A DNA stretch of 58,053 bases from Coleofasciculus sp. B1-GNL1-01 (GCA_040220235.1 JAVJTO010000151.1), one strand, 5' to 3'; counted from the stretch's first letter, positions 30,101 through 39,904 are shown. Translations and numbers: made by a program. Notes: generated from the letters alone by a model not told the origin.

Positions 30101-30393
30101 GTAGGGGCTTGGCAACCCATCCGTGTTTAAGCTGTGTCTGTATACTCGTCTAATCCTTTCCCCCTCATCCCCTAACCCCTTCTCCCACAAAGGGGAGAAG
30201 GGGAACCGGACTCTCTTGCACCCCTCTGCCGTGCAAAAAAAGCGAAGCATCCTCTGTCATCCCCGTGCAAAAAAAGTGAAACATCCTCTGTCCTCCCCCC
30301 TCTTGTAGGGGGGAACGAGGGGGGTTGGGAGAGGGGCTGGGGCAGAGGGGTCTAGCTTAAGTTGACACCAATGCTTGGTTACCAAGCCCCTAC
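30101..30393. mobile_element. Nested composite repeat: GTAG REP split by a MITE-like element with internal hairpins
   Basis: Outer gtaggggcttggcaacc / ggttaccaagcccctac; inner end agcttaagttgacacca; ccccttctccc..ggggagaagggg hairpin; duplicated ccgtgcaaaaaaag.gaa.catcctctgtc. Confidence 0.65.
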
Positions 30394-30415
30394 AGCGAAT
30401 CTCCATTAGTCTCCA

Positions 30416-30994
30416 TTAGGGTAATAGAACCCCGTTAAGCCCGTGAATCATACCGTTAGAGGCAGGAATATCTGCCATCACGACGGGTATACCATTCACC
30501 GAAACTTCGCTAGCATCGCTAACTCGTATGGTTACAGGTTTACCGGCTAGAGTGGTTAACCGCAAGGTGGAGCCAGGAGTTAAGCCAAAGGTGTTAATGT
30601 TACCGGGGACAACGTGATAGGTAAGGATTTCAGTTAATCGCGATCGGTTTTGGGGTTGAAGTAACGTTGCTACAGTTCCCTCGGGTAAAGTATCAAAGGC
30701 TTCATCAGTGGGGGCAAAAATAGTAATGGGTCTCCTCCCCGCCAGTGCTGAAGTGAGTCCGGCGGTTTTAATTGCAGCCGTGAGGGTAGAGAAAGCGTCG
30801 CTGGCGGTTTCGAGTTCATCGGCTATATTGCTCACACCCTGTTGAGCAATCAGATGGAGTCCAGGTTCTGCCTTTAATAGACGAGGAGAGTCGGTGACGC
30901 TGTTGGCGGGTAATGCGATCGCGGTACCGAGACTGGCTAGACCTAAACAGGCGGTTAGTTTCCTCAATGTGGAAGTAAAAGAGCGGGCTGGCAT
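30416..30994 (-). CDS. Fasciclin (FAS1) domain protein, secreted
   Basis: Signal peptide; TIFAPTDEAF, ILTYHVVPG and DIPASNGMIH motifs. Confidence 0.93.
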   Translation of the reverse strand: MPARSFTSTLRKLTACLGLASLGTAIALPANSVTDSPRLLKAEPGLHLIAQQGVSNIADELETASDAFSTLTAAIKTAGLTSALAGRRPITIFAPTDEAFDTLPEGTVATLLQPQNRSRLTEILTYHVVPGNINTFGLTPGSTLRLTTLAGKPVTIRVSDASEVSVNGIPVVMADIPASNGMIHGLNGVLLP

Positions 30995-31313
30995 GAATTT
31001 TTCTCCTTGGAGCAGGTATATATAACGATTTGTATACTACTTTAGTCTGGATTCCGACCCTATGCTTCTTTCTCAGGTACAGTGTTACGTCTGTTTTGAT
31101 TCAGTAGGGGTTTGGATTATGGCGCGATCAGCTCACTAATGAGTCAATTTAGACCGCAGCGCCAAGTTCGGGTTAAGCGGCGATCGCCGTTGGAATGAAT
31201 GATGACTGAAGCAACGCGCCTGACTCAAAACGCTGAAGTTACAAGAAACTACATCAAGCATCTGTTAGAGCAGTTACAGCAGATTTCAGGTTGATGAGGT
31301 ACAGCCTTAAGCA

Positions 31314-31346
31314 AGATCCCCGACTTCTTGGAGAAGTCGGGGATCT
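31314..31346. repeat. Palindromic repeat AGATCCCCGACTTCT..AGAAGTCGGGGATCT
   Basis: Perfect 15 bp inverted arms. Confidence 0.75.
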
Positions 31347-31438
31347 GTCTGGGTTTAGTACCGAGGGAAATATTGTTAACACAAAACTATAGGGTAATGA
31401 TAATAAATAAGATTATCAGACTCTTCAGGAAGTCAATT

Positions 31439-31503
31439 GTAGGGGCGGGTTTAGACGCTTAATTTTGGTATATACCGATAACTTCAAAGGCAAAACCCGC
31501 CCT
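31439..31503 (+). repeat. GTAG-family REP doublet, 65 bp
   Basis: gtaggggcgggttt...aaaacccgccct. Confidence 0.8.
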
Positions 31504-31734
31504 TCCTCGTGGTCAACCGAGGCAATAGCATATAACTATTTGAACCACGAGGCAGGAGAAAGAATAATTGCTCCTTTAGGATGAACTGTGATAGTATCCG
31601 AATGCTGGTTTAACCAATTATAGAAAATATTCGCTAGTGTTGATTGTTCATTTATTTTATGAGCATTCATTGCTAAGCCTTTCGTCAGGTGTAGTCTCGC
31701 CCTGCGACCATCAAAGTTAACCCATACACAGACA

Positions 31735-32226
31735 TTAAGAACAACCGAGAGAATCACTGGTGGCTACACCTGTTTTAGAATTAATCCCTGACGCCTGCTG
31801 ACATAAATGTTTCAGTTGTGCGCCGTCCAACAGAGCATCAGTGAAGTCAGCCCCCGTAATTAATGTATTATCAAACACTGAACCCAGTAAAAGGGTTTCG
31901 ACTAAAATCACATCACTTAAATCTGCTCCCGTCAAATCTGCCTGATCTAACATGCCATAGCTTAAATCCGCACCATGCAAATTGGCATGAGTCATCACCG
32001 AACCACTAAAAATAGCCCCTCGTAAGTCAGCATAGGCAAAATTACTTAACTGTAAATTGGCATTGGCAAATTCAGCCGTCTGTAAATTTTGACCGGAGAA
32101 GTCTTTGCCTGTGAGTTGGGCGTGACTGTAGGATAAGGGAGGCGGATAGTCAGCCGCTTGAGCAGATAGAGGATGAATGACTAGAGCGATCGCGACTAGG
32201 AATGCTATCAGTTGCCGAAGAATCAT
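31735..32226 (-). CDS. Pentapeptide repeat protein (lumenal type)
   Basis: Likely start MILRQLIA with signal peptide; A(D/N)LxX repeats; C-terminal LC..ASGIN..TGVAT..SLGC. Confidence 0.9.
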   Translation of the reverse strand: MILRQLIAFLVAIALVIHPLSAQAADYPPPLSYSHAQLTGKDFSGQNLQTAEFANANLQLSNFAYADLRGAIFSGSVMTHANLHGADLSYGMLDQADLTGADLSDVILVETLLLGSVFDNTLITGADFTDALLDGAQLKHLCQQASGINSKTGVATSDSLGCS

Positions 32227-32334
32227 CTCAAATTGCCTGATTGACCTTAATGCTTGTCCCCTATTAAATCTGATTGGTGTTAAGTCGGTCAAATTCAGGA
32301 AGCGGAGGTAGCAGACGTGCAAGACTTATGGATT

Positions 32335-32450
32335 GGACTGACACAGCTAAAATTGCGGAATAGACTTTACCATTGAATCGGGCGCAAAGCTTTGCGCCCC
32401 TACAGTTTCTGGGCGTCAGCTTAATCTATCAAATAAGGTGTGCCACGCCA
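32335..32450 (+). mobile_element. MITE-like dispersed element with internal GTAG REP hairpin
   Basis: Alignable over about 115 bp with the reverse complement of 39987-40101 (ggactga.acagctaaaat...gcgcccctacagttt...aggtgtgcca.gcca). Confidence 0.75.
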
Positions 32451-32462
32451 GTAGGTTAACGT

Positions 32463-32541
32463 AGAAGACCTAGGTAGATCAGCGCAGAATACCTAGATAG
32501 ATTAGCGCAGAAGACTTAGGTCGGTTAGCACACAAGATCCT
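32463..32541. repeat. 23 bp tandem repeat, 3 full copies plus a partial
   Basis: agaagacctaggtagatcagcgc / agaatacctagatagattagcgc / agaagacttaggtcggttagcac. Confidence 0.8.
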
Positions 32542-32766
32542 CACCCTACTCCACCCCTAAGGGAGATGTGCATCCAAGGATACCAAACAGTCTTTCACGT
32601 TAAGAGAGGAAAATAATCTCTCATTTATTTAAGTAATGTAAATAGCACATAAACCTTCTTTCTTAGGGTAGATAAGCTTCAAGAGGTTTCTTGATAATCT
32701 AAGAACTGTGCCGATTAAAATACGATTAATTAATCATCAAATTATTAAACCAAGGAGGACATTACT

Positions 32767-33021
32767 ATGGGAATTTTAGCCTGGATTATTTTAGGAATTC
32801 TCGCTGGCGCGATCGCGAAGGCGATTTATCCAGGTCACCAAAGCGGTGGCATCCTCGCTACCATGGCACTGGGAATCATTGGTGCTTTAGTTGGAGGCTG
32901 GATTGGTAACTTACTCTTTGGAGTCGGTTTTACAGGCTTTACTTGGTGGGGTTTACTGGTGGCAATTGTGGGCGCGATGGTCGTCTTGTTCATCTACGGT
33001 CTGGTTACGAAAAACGCATAA
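32767..33021 (+). CDS. GlsB/YeaQ/YmgE (transglycosylase-associated) stress membrane protein
   Basis: MGILAWIILGILAGAIAKAIYPG..LGIIGALVGG; strong AGGAGG RBS. Confidence 0.93.
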   Translation: MGILAWIILGILAGAIAKAIYPGHQSGGILATMALGIIGALVGGWIGNLLFGVGFTGFTWWGLLVAIVGAMVVLFIYGLVTKNA

Positions 33022-33043
33022 TAATCCCTTGATTGGATAAGCT

Positions 33044-33072
33044 AATCCCTCGTTTAAAAGTCGGGGGATTTT
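33044..33072 (+). terminator. Putative intrinsic terminator
   Basis: aatccctcg...cgggggatt stem with short T tail. Confidence 0.45.
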
Positions 33073-33189
33073 ACCTTGTTTGTCCGAGTCTTTTGCCAAA
33101 GAAAGATTTTGTTCGCTTCCAAAAGCCGCTTGCGTGTTTACATCTTCTGTCGGTATAGTTGCTGACATAAGACCAATCACCAATGACCA

Positions 33190-33951
33190 ATGACCAAACT
33201 TCGAGCATTAATCTTTGACGTTGATGGGACATTAGCCAATACAGAACAAGACGGACACCGCGTCGCCTTTAACCACGCCTTTGCCGAAGCTGGATTCGAT
33301 TGGGATTGGTCTGTTTCCCTCTATGGTGAACTATTAGCAGTTGCTGGTGGGAAAGAACGTATCCGCTATTATTTGAAGCAATACCGCTCTGATTTCCAAC
33401 CTTCGGCTAATTTCGACGAGTTCATTGCCAATCTGCATCGGGCGAAAACTCACCATTATCAGCAACTTATCGCCACGGGTTCTATCCCCCTACGTCCGGG
33501 TGTGCAACGATTGATTAAAGCGGCGCGATCGCAAGGAATACGGTTAGCGATCGCCACCACTACCGCCCCTACTAATGTAACTGCCCTTTTGCAGCATACC
33601 CTAGGGGATGAGAGTCCGGCGTGGTTTGACCTGATTGCGGCGGGTGATATCGTTCCCGCCAAAAAACCCGCCCCCGATATTTACAACTATGTACTGCGGC
33701 AAATGGATTTGCCACCCCACGATTGTTTGGCGATCGAAGATTCTGATCAGGGTTTAATTGCAGCGACGCAAGCAGGTATCACCACCCTAATTACAGTCAA
33801 CAATTATACAAAAGACCAAGAGTTTACCCAAGCGGTACTCGTGTTAAATCATCTCGGAGAACCGAATCAACCCTTTACCGTTCTCGCCGGAGATGCTGGA
33901 GATAACCAATATGTTGATATAGAACTCCTGAATCATCTCCATCACCGTTAG
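33190..33951 (+). CDS. cbbY: HAD-IA hydrolase, CbbY type
   Basis: LIFDVDGTLANTEQDGHRVAFN, GGKERI, KKPAPDIY and AIEDS motifs. Confidence 0.88.
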   Translation: MTKLRALIFDVDGTLANTEQDGHRVAFNHAFAEAGFDWDWSVSLYGELLAVAGGKERIRYYLKQYRSDFQPSANFDEFIANLHRAKTHHYQQLIATGSIPLRPGVQRLIKAARSQGIRLAIATTTAPTNVTALLQHTLGDESPAWFDLIAAGDIVPAKKPAPDIYNYVLRQMDLPPHDCLAIEDSDQGLIAATQAGITTLITVNNYTKDQEFTQAVLVLNHLGEPNQPFTVLAGDAGDNQYVDIELLNHLHHR

Positions 33952-34228
33952 GATGTTTGCAGTCACCACAGTTAACGGTGCGGTGAAAAGACTACAGTTA
34001 ATAGGGGGTAAGACGCCACATTCCCTATTCCCCAATCGCCAATCACCTAACTTTACAAATCTGAGTTCAAAATTCTATTATTATAGCAATAATATCTCAG
34101 CCATGATATCATGTTCCTCTAGACAGTGATTCTTGACTTTTACCGTGCCACCTTAGTATTTACCTTGGAGCCATCTGCCTTCGGTAGTATCAAGTAGTAT
34201 CAACGTGTAAGTATTCAACCGAACCTGA

Positions 34229-34442
34229 TAAGTAGTCGGACAAAAGAAAACAGCACGTCCACTAAGTTTTGTCAACAAGCCTCAAACCCTTACAAATGAC
34301 GTAGCTTGCTTCTCAAGGAAGCGAGTATGACAAATGACGAATGACAAATGACGAATGACAAATGACAAATGACAAATGACGTAGCTTGCTTCTCAAGGGA
34401 GCGAGTTCTTCACCGTTCACGTTAATTATGTCCACCTAGTTA
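34229..34442. mobile_element. MITE (TIR TAAGTAGTCGGACA / TGTCCACCTAGTTA) carrying a TGACAAA STRR array and two SDR-like inserts
   Basis: TA-bounded TIRs; homologous to 43880-44028 and 46907-47033. Confidence 0.75.
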
Positions 34443-34477
34443 ATGACCGGCTTGTCCCGGAGTGATGGGGTAGCATT

Positions 34478-35209
34478 ATGACCTATAGCCTTAGAATTAC
34501 CGATATTCCTGCTAGCGAACGTCCACGCGAACGATTAATGGCGATCGGTGCCAAAAACTTGGCGACAGCGGAACTAATTGCCATTTTACTTGCCACAGGT
34601 CAGGGGAAAGGTAAACTTTCAGCAGTCGGTTTGGGACAATATATTTTGCAGCAATTGAGTCAAGATGAACGCGATCCCATGGCGGTATTGCGAGATATCT
34701 CACCCCAAGAGTTGATGCGTATTCATGGCGTTGGACCCGCCAAAGCCGCCACGATGCTAGCCGCCATTGAACTGGGGAAACGCGCCTTTCAGTCTCGCCC
34801 TACAGAAGGTACTATAATTGATAGTCCCATGGCGGCGGCGGCGGCTTTCAGTCATGAGTTAATGTGGCAAACTCAGGAACGTTTTGCTGTGTTGCTGTTG
34901 GATGTGAAAAATCACTTATTGGGGATTAAACTCATCTCCGTTGGTACAGCAACACAGACATTAGCATGTCCTCGCGAGATTTTACAAGCTGTTTTGCGCC
35001 ATGGGGCGACGCGGTTTATTGTGGGGCATAGTCATCCAACGGGTAGTGTTGAACCTTCTGAGGATGACATTGATTTGACCACACGGCTTTTGCAGGGGGC
35101 ACTGCTAATCGAAACACCTTTAGTGGATCACCTGATTTTGGGAAATGGCAATCACCGGAGTCTACATCACACGACTTCATTGTGGAAGGAATATCCCCAA
35201 GATATTTAA
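34478..35209 (+). CDS. radC: RadC / JAB-domain protein
   Basis: ERPRERL, Hh[19 protein letters not shown] motif HSHPTG..PSEDD and LVDHLILG. Confidence 0.94.
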   Translation: MTYSLRITDIPASERPRERLMAIGAKNLATAELIAILLATGQGKGKLSAVGLGQYILQQLSQDERDPMAVLRDISPQELMRIHGVGPAKAATMLAAIELGKRAFQSRPTEGTIIDSPMAAAAAFSHELMWQTQERFAVLLLDVKNHLLGIKLISVGTATQTLACPREILQAVLRHGATRFIVGHSHPTGSVEPSEDDIDLTTRLLQGALLIETPLVDHLILGNGNHRSLHHTTSLWKEYPQDI

Positions 35210-35258
35210 TGGTGTGAGTTGTAGTTTCAGGCGGCGCTATGTTAATTTAATGGGTTAG

Positions 35259-35330
<72 letters not shown>

Positions 35331-35733
35331 TTTAAGTTTTATGACAATACCTAATCATTGCGCTTTCAGCGATCGCTGATTTTCCTCTACAAAAATCAAT
35401 AGAGTTTTGTTTAGTTTTCACTCTCAGAATGCCCACCCTATCAGAAACTGGTATTCCGTCAAAAGAGGATAAATCCTTAATTAACTGATTAAAGCACAGC
35501 CCAAATAAAGTGACTATTTACGCATTGTTTAAACGCGGGCAATGCAAGCATTTTAAAGCTTAATTTTCAGGAAGCGACACTCGATTTAGAGCATCCTGGA
35601 ACATAAATTAGTAACGCTTTGTCAGAGGATGTAGTTACGGAAAAATCATGTGATGCCCAAGGTCAATGCGTTTGTTAACTAGCAAACGATTCTGATACTT
35701 TCATTGAATTGATCCTCTCAAACCTGGTGAATT

Positions 35734-36117
35734 ATGACTCCCCCTTCAATTGTGAAAAAGTTTTTCTTGACCCCGGTTATGATTTTGGGTTCTACCTTCT
35801 TCATTTTAACTTCTCCCCTTCTATTTGTGGGATCTTCGCCGATACAAATTTCCTCGGAAAATGAACCGATATTTTCCGGTAAAGTTAAAGATATAGCCGC
35901 TCCTTACCTGGGTTTGGCAACCTTGCTCAGTTTAGGAGCCTCTGTGGGATATGTTGCGGTTAGGGGTTGGCGACAGTCGGCTCATCAGGCGGCGATAACT
36001 GCACAGCAGATGTCTGTTTTAGAGCAAGAACTCCAGGCGAAAGAAACAGAGTTAGTGGAGTTGAAGGCTTCACAACTCCAGTTAATGGCGGAAGGACTCG
36101 ATGGATTCTTGGAATAA
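35734..36117 (+). CDS. Hypothetical membrane protein with C-terminal coiled coil
   Basis: 127 aa; two hydrophobic segments followed by heptad-rich tail. Confidence 0.7.
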   Translation: MTPPSIVKKFFLTPVMILGSTFFILTSPLLFVGSSPIQISSENEPIFSGKVKDIAAPYLGLATLLSLGASVGYVAVRGWRQSAHQAAITAQQMSVLEQELQAKETELVELKASQLQLMAEGLDGFLE

Positions 36118-36245
36118 AAGCATCGTTCATTTAAGGCTCTTAATGTCAATAATGACGAAATCCTTGTAGTGCGTTTAGCGAAGCCATGCCGCAGGCTTTG
36201 CATCTTGCTCGCTACTAATATCCAATTTAAATACATGACAGCTTG
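36118..36245. mobile_element. MITE-like element interrupted by a small dispersed repeat
   Basis: Degenerate TIR aagc...catttaa / ttaaat...cagctt; homologous to 13755-13831 but with an extra tttagcgaagccatgccgcaggcttt insert inside the central hairpin. Confidence 0.65.
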
Positions 36246-36320
36246 TTAGACTAAGCGAAACTCCCCCTTTTTAGATCCTCCTGCTCTTCCTATCTACTAC
36301 GGAAAGAGCGCGACTCGGTA

Positions 36321-36467
36321 TTACTTGTCTCCCTTGTCCTCCCTATTAAACAGGGAGTAGAATGTCCCCACAACCACGACGAGGGCGAGAAGTGGGACAT
36401 ATTCTGGAAATGTGAGAAAGATTACAATGATTTCCAGGATGATTTTCATGGCTTCTACGTTTTGCAT
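36321..36467 (-). CDS. Small hydrophobic peptide (42-48 aa) divergent from the HTH-iSTAND gene
   Basis: MQNVEAMKIILEIIVIFLTFPEYVPLLALVVVVGTFYSLFNREDKGDK; ATG at 36467 or 36449. Confidence 0.45.
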   Translation of the reverse strand: MQNVEAMKIILEIIVIFLTFPEYVPLLALVVVVGTFYSLFNREDKGDK

Positions 36468-36485
36468 GAGTGGTTTTCTGGTGGG

Positions 36486-36559
36486 TTCGACATTTTCATC
36501 AAACTCGGCGACTGTCGGAATCAGTGTCGTTCCGACAAAAGTCCGACAAAAAATCGACA
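36486..36559. promoter_or_regulatory. Phased (T/A)(C/T)CGACA repeat array, putative operator
   Basis: Direct copies at 36531, 36542 and 36553 (11 bp period); inverted copies at 36513 and 36525; another at 36486. Confidence 0.55.
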
Positions 36560-36588
36560 TGAGGAAAGCTACGGGTCAAATATGAGCG

Positions 36589-37683
36589 ATGTCGGTTAGA
36601 GTGGCTCCACAGTACATCCGGGAGGTTAAGCAAGCTTATAAACGTCGCTGTCACACTCAGCAACGTTTGGCTGAGGAGTTGGGGATGAACCGAGACACGA
36701 TTAGTAAATTTGTCAATGGCAAGTTCATCAGTTACTCCTACTTCGAGGAAATTTGCCAAAAATTAGGGCTAAATCTGGAAAAAATCGCTGATTTTGAGAT
36801 TGAGGAGAATGAACCGTCAGACTCGTCTGAGCGACTTTCTTCCCTAGAAGAACGGTTGCTGGGGTATGGGGGACTTTCTGATCTTCAATCCCCGTCTAAT
36901 CCGGTAGAACCGCCACCTCAGCACAGGTTTCCGGTTCTGTTTGATCGCATTCTTGAGATTGACTTTAAGGAACAGTCTCAGCGATTTAAACAGGTGATTG
37001 AACTTCAGCGCACCGCAGGCTTTCTGGTTCATGGTGAGCCTTGCTATGGACAGCAATTTTTGCTGAATCGACTGTTGCGGTTGATCCCAGGGCGGCAGAA
37101 TCAATCTCCGATTAAAATTGATGTCAGCTCTAGTGGTGTGGGTAAGAGTATCCCAAACTTGTGGCGAGAACTTACTGCTTGTCTCCAATTAGCCAGAGAA
37201 GCGACACCTACGGAGATTATGGATCGAGTTTGCGATCGCTGGCAAACTCAGGATGTTATTTTTGTCTTCTATACGGTGGATTATATGCCGCCAGGTATGC
37301 TTTCTGAATGGCTACAGGAGTTCTGGGAACCGTTGGTGACAAGAGCCAAGAAAAGTTTACCCCAGGGCGATAAGCATTTGTTGATGTTTCTGGTGGATAA
37401 TTGTGGCAGTGTTGGTCAATCGTCGAATGTTAGGTTAGCTGAGAACTTTGAGCAACCGGAATATCCCTTTCGCTTACCACCAGCGAGTCTATTTCCACGA
37501 GAAGCCCTGGATGAGTGGATAGACAATCTGAGTATGTCGAGCCAACTTCAAATACCGACTGGATTGACTGCCAAAGTTTTGTTAGAACGTTCTAATAACG
37601 GTGTTCCTCACTATGTTTATGAAGAAATATGTAGGCATTGTGGGCTTAGTTGGGAAGGAGTATTGGCAAAATGGTTAATTTAA
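36589..37683 (+). CDS. XRE-like HTH + inactive STAND (iSTAND) protein of a MoxR-vWA ternary conflict system
   Basis: N-terminal TQQRLAEELGMNRDTISKFVNG..FEEICQKLGL; IDFKEQ; degenerate Walker A FLVHGEPCYGQQFLLNRL; EFWEPL; upstream of MoxR and vWA genes. Confidence 0.8.
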   Translation: MSVRVAPQYIREVKQAYKRRCHTQQRLAEELGMNRDTISKFVNGKFISYSYFEEICQKLGLNLEKIADFEIEENEPSDSSERLSSLEERLLGYGGLSDLQSPSNPVEPPPQHRFPVLFDRILEIDFKEQSQRFKQVIELQRTAGFLVHGEPCYGQQFLLNRLLRLIPGRQNQSPIKIDVSSSGVGKSIPNLWRELTACLQLAREATPTEIMDRVCDRWQTQDVIFVFYTVDYMPPGMLSEWLQEFWEPLVTRAKKSLPQGDKHLLMFLVDNCGSVGQSSNVRLAENFEQPEYPFRLPPASLFPREALDEWIDNLSMSSQLQIPTGLTAKVLLERSNNGVPHYVYEEICRHCGLSWEGVLAKWLI

Positions 37684-38579
37684 GCCACCCACTTGCGGCG
37701 AAAGGTAAGCCCTATTACACAGGTAAGCCCATCTCTGAGGAAGCCTGGAAAAAAACAGGAATAGCCCCTTATTTGCCCTCGCCAGAACTGGTTAATGCGG
37801 TGAATTTAGCGATATTTATAGAAAAACGTCCGTTGTTGTTGAAAGGGGAACCGGGATGCGGTAAGACACGATTAGCGGAGGCGGTGGCTTATGAATTAGG
37901 CTTACCTTATGAGCCGTGGTATGTTAAGTCAACCAGTCGGGCGCAAGATGGACTTTACACCTACGATGCGGTGCGTCGTCTACACGATGCTCAACTGGTG
38001 CGGATGGGTGAAAAAAGCCAGTCTCAGGTGGAGAATTTAGAGCATTATATCAAAATGGGGGCATTAGGACGGGCGTTTCAAAGTCATCAGCGCACCGTGG
38101 TGCTAATTGATGAAATTGATAAGGCGGATATCGATTTCCCTAACGATTTGTTGCGGGAACTTGACGAGCAGACGTTTGTTATTGAGGAAACGGGGGAGAA
38201 GGTTAAGGCAGTTTATCCGCCGATTGTGTTTATTACCAGCAATGATGAAAAAGATTTACCGGATGCTTTTTTGCGTCGTTGTCTGTTTCATTATATTGAG
38301 TTTCCGGGGTCAAACCAGTTAGTTGAGATTATTAACGCTCATTTTCCGGCATTGACGCCAGCGTTAGTTGAGGCGGCGGTAGAGCGATTTGCTGAATTGC
38401 GAGAGAAGATGGTGAAGGGGAAGTCGGGGAAAAAGGTGAGTACAAGTGAGTTATTGGATTGGGTGGCGGTGTTGCAGCAGTTTCCCCAGGATGAGGTGTT
38501 AAAGCAGCTTGAGGGAGATTTGCTGTTTCCTGAGGTGTTGTTGAAGAAGTGGGAGGATCATTTGCGGTATTTGAAGTAA
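37671..38579 (+). CDS. MoxR-family AAA+ ATPase
   Basis: RPLLLKGEPGCGKT, YDAVRRLHDAQ, VLIDEIDKADIDFPNDLL, ITSNDEKDLPDAFLRRC and STSELLDW motifs. Confidence 0.94.
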   Translation: MVNLSHPLAAKGKPYYTGKPISEEAWKKTGIAPYLPSPELVNAVNLAIFIEKRPLLLKGEPGCGKTRLAEAVAYELGLPYEPWYVKSTSRAQDGLYTYDAVRRLHDAQLVRMGEKSQSQVENLEHYIKMGALGRAFQSHQRTVVLIDEIDKADIDFPNDLLRELDEQTFVIEETGEKVKAVYPPIVFITSNDEKDLPDAFLRRCLFHYIEFPGSNQLVEIINAHFPALTPALVEAAVERFAELREKMVKGKSGKKVSTSELLDWVAVLQQFPQDEVLKQLEGDLLFPEVLLKKWEDHLRYLK

Positions 38580-38616
38580 TATAAAATTTAATAAATAGAG
38601 AGCCGGGAAATAGAGA

Positions 38617-38667
38617 GCCGGGAAATCAATTTCCGGAACCCAAAGCTAAAACCCGTTTTAACGGGTT
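38617..38667 (-). repeat. Double-hairpin REP-like element, copy A
   Basis: gccgggaaatcaatttccgg-aacccaaagcta-aaacccgttttaacgggtt; 15 bp tandem duplication at 38593/38608. Confidence 0.85.
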
Positions 38668-38750
38668 AGTTATAGAGGAAATCTATAAAAAGTAGAGTAA
38701 ATTGAATATACAATAATGGATTTAATTTATGTTTAATTTAAATTGGCGTT

Positions 38751-39839
38751 ATGAATTATGACGAACTGCCATTGATAGACATTTTTAACAGCCTGCGCCA
38801 GCGCCATGGTTTACCGTTGGGGGTAGATGAGTATTTGGTGGTGGTGCGATCGCTCCAGGCTGGTTTGGGTGTGGGGAGTCGGCTGGAGTTGGAACAGTTG
38901 TGCTGTCTGGTGTGGGCGACATCTGAGGCGGAATGTCAACTGATTCGACGGCTGTTTGAGCAGATGTGGGCGCGTTTGCAAACCAATTCACGGGAAGAGA
39001 GCGATCGCGCATCCCAGGCTTCTGTCTCTCCATCCCCACCCTCTCAACTCGATCAGCCAAATCAGGAGTTAGAGGAATCTCCCCGTAAAACCCTAGACAT
39101 GGATGAACCGGTGCAGGTGGTTCAGGCGGTGCGTCGCTATAAACCGGATAAAGAATTCAAACGCCCCCGCTATATGTTGCTAACTGAATATTTCCCCGTT
39201 ACCAAGCGACAAATGAAGCAAAGCTGGCGTTATTTGCGTCGCCCGATACGGGAAGGAATACCCGTAGAATTGGATATTAAAGCGACAGTGGAAACGATGG
39301 GGCGTCAAGGGATTTTACTGACACCCGTGTTAATTCCGCGTCGGATTAATCGCACAGATTTGGTGTTAATGATTGATCAGGAAGGTTCAATGGTGCCGTT
39401 TCATCGGCTGTCGCGACAGTTAGTTGAAACAGCCCAACGAGGGGGGCGGTTGCGACAAACTCGTGTATTTTATTTTCATGATTATGTTGATGAGTATTTA
39501 TATCCTCATCCCGCCTTGGTGAATGCTCAATTAATGGATGAGGTATTAACAGAAGTGGGGGAACGGGCAGTAGTCTTGATTATCAGCGATGCGGGTGCAG
39601 CACGAGGAAATTTTGATGCTGAACGGGTGAAGCAGACTCAAAACTGGATGGAACGGTTAAAGCAGTCGGTGCGTTATACAGCTTGGTTAAACCCGATGCC
39701 AAATGAGAGTTGGTTATATACAACGGCGGCAGAAATTGCCCATTTTGTGCCAATGTTTGAAATGAGTCGTCAGGGGATGAATGCGGCGATTAGCGTATTG
39801 CGCGGGCGATCCGGGGTTGGGGAGAAAATGTATAGATGA
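38751..39839 (+). CDS. vWA-domain (CoxE-like) protein of the MoxR system
   Basis: ELDIKATV, MIDAS-like LMIDQEGSMVPF, YFHD, ISDAGAARG and AWLNPMP motifs. Confidence 0.9.
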   Translation: MNYDELPLIDIFNSLRQRHGLPLGVDEYLVVVRSLQAGLGVGSRLELEQLCCLVWATSEAECQLIRRLFEQMWARLQTNSREESDRASQASVSPSPPSQLDQPNQELEESPRKTLDMDEPVQVVQAVRRYKPDKEFKRPRYMLLTEYFPVTKRQMKQSWRYLRRPIREGIPVELDIKATVETMGRQGILLTPVLIPRRINRTDLVLMIDQEGSMVPFHRLSRQLVETAQRGGRLRQTRVFYFHDYVDEYLYPHPALVNAQLMDEVLTEVGERAVVLIISDAGAARGNFDAERVKQTQNWMERLKQSVRYTAWLNPMPNESWLYTTAAEIAHFVPMFEMSRQGMNAAISVLRGRSGVGEKMYR

Positions 39840-39904
39840 TGGGTAAATCAAGCCGGAAAATAAATTTTGGGAACCTCAAATTCAAATCTGCTAAACCTAA
39901 ATCA

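Noticed and set aside
30026..30308. Two short ORFs after the GH57 gene
   Set aside because: They lie within the nested repeat element.
31536..31757. 73 aa ORF downstream of the pentapeptide gene
   Set aside because: No recognisable motif or RBS; it could be a gene fragment but I cannot support it.
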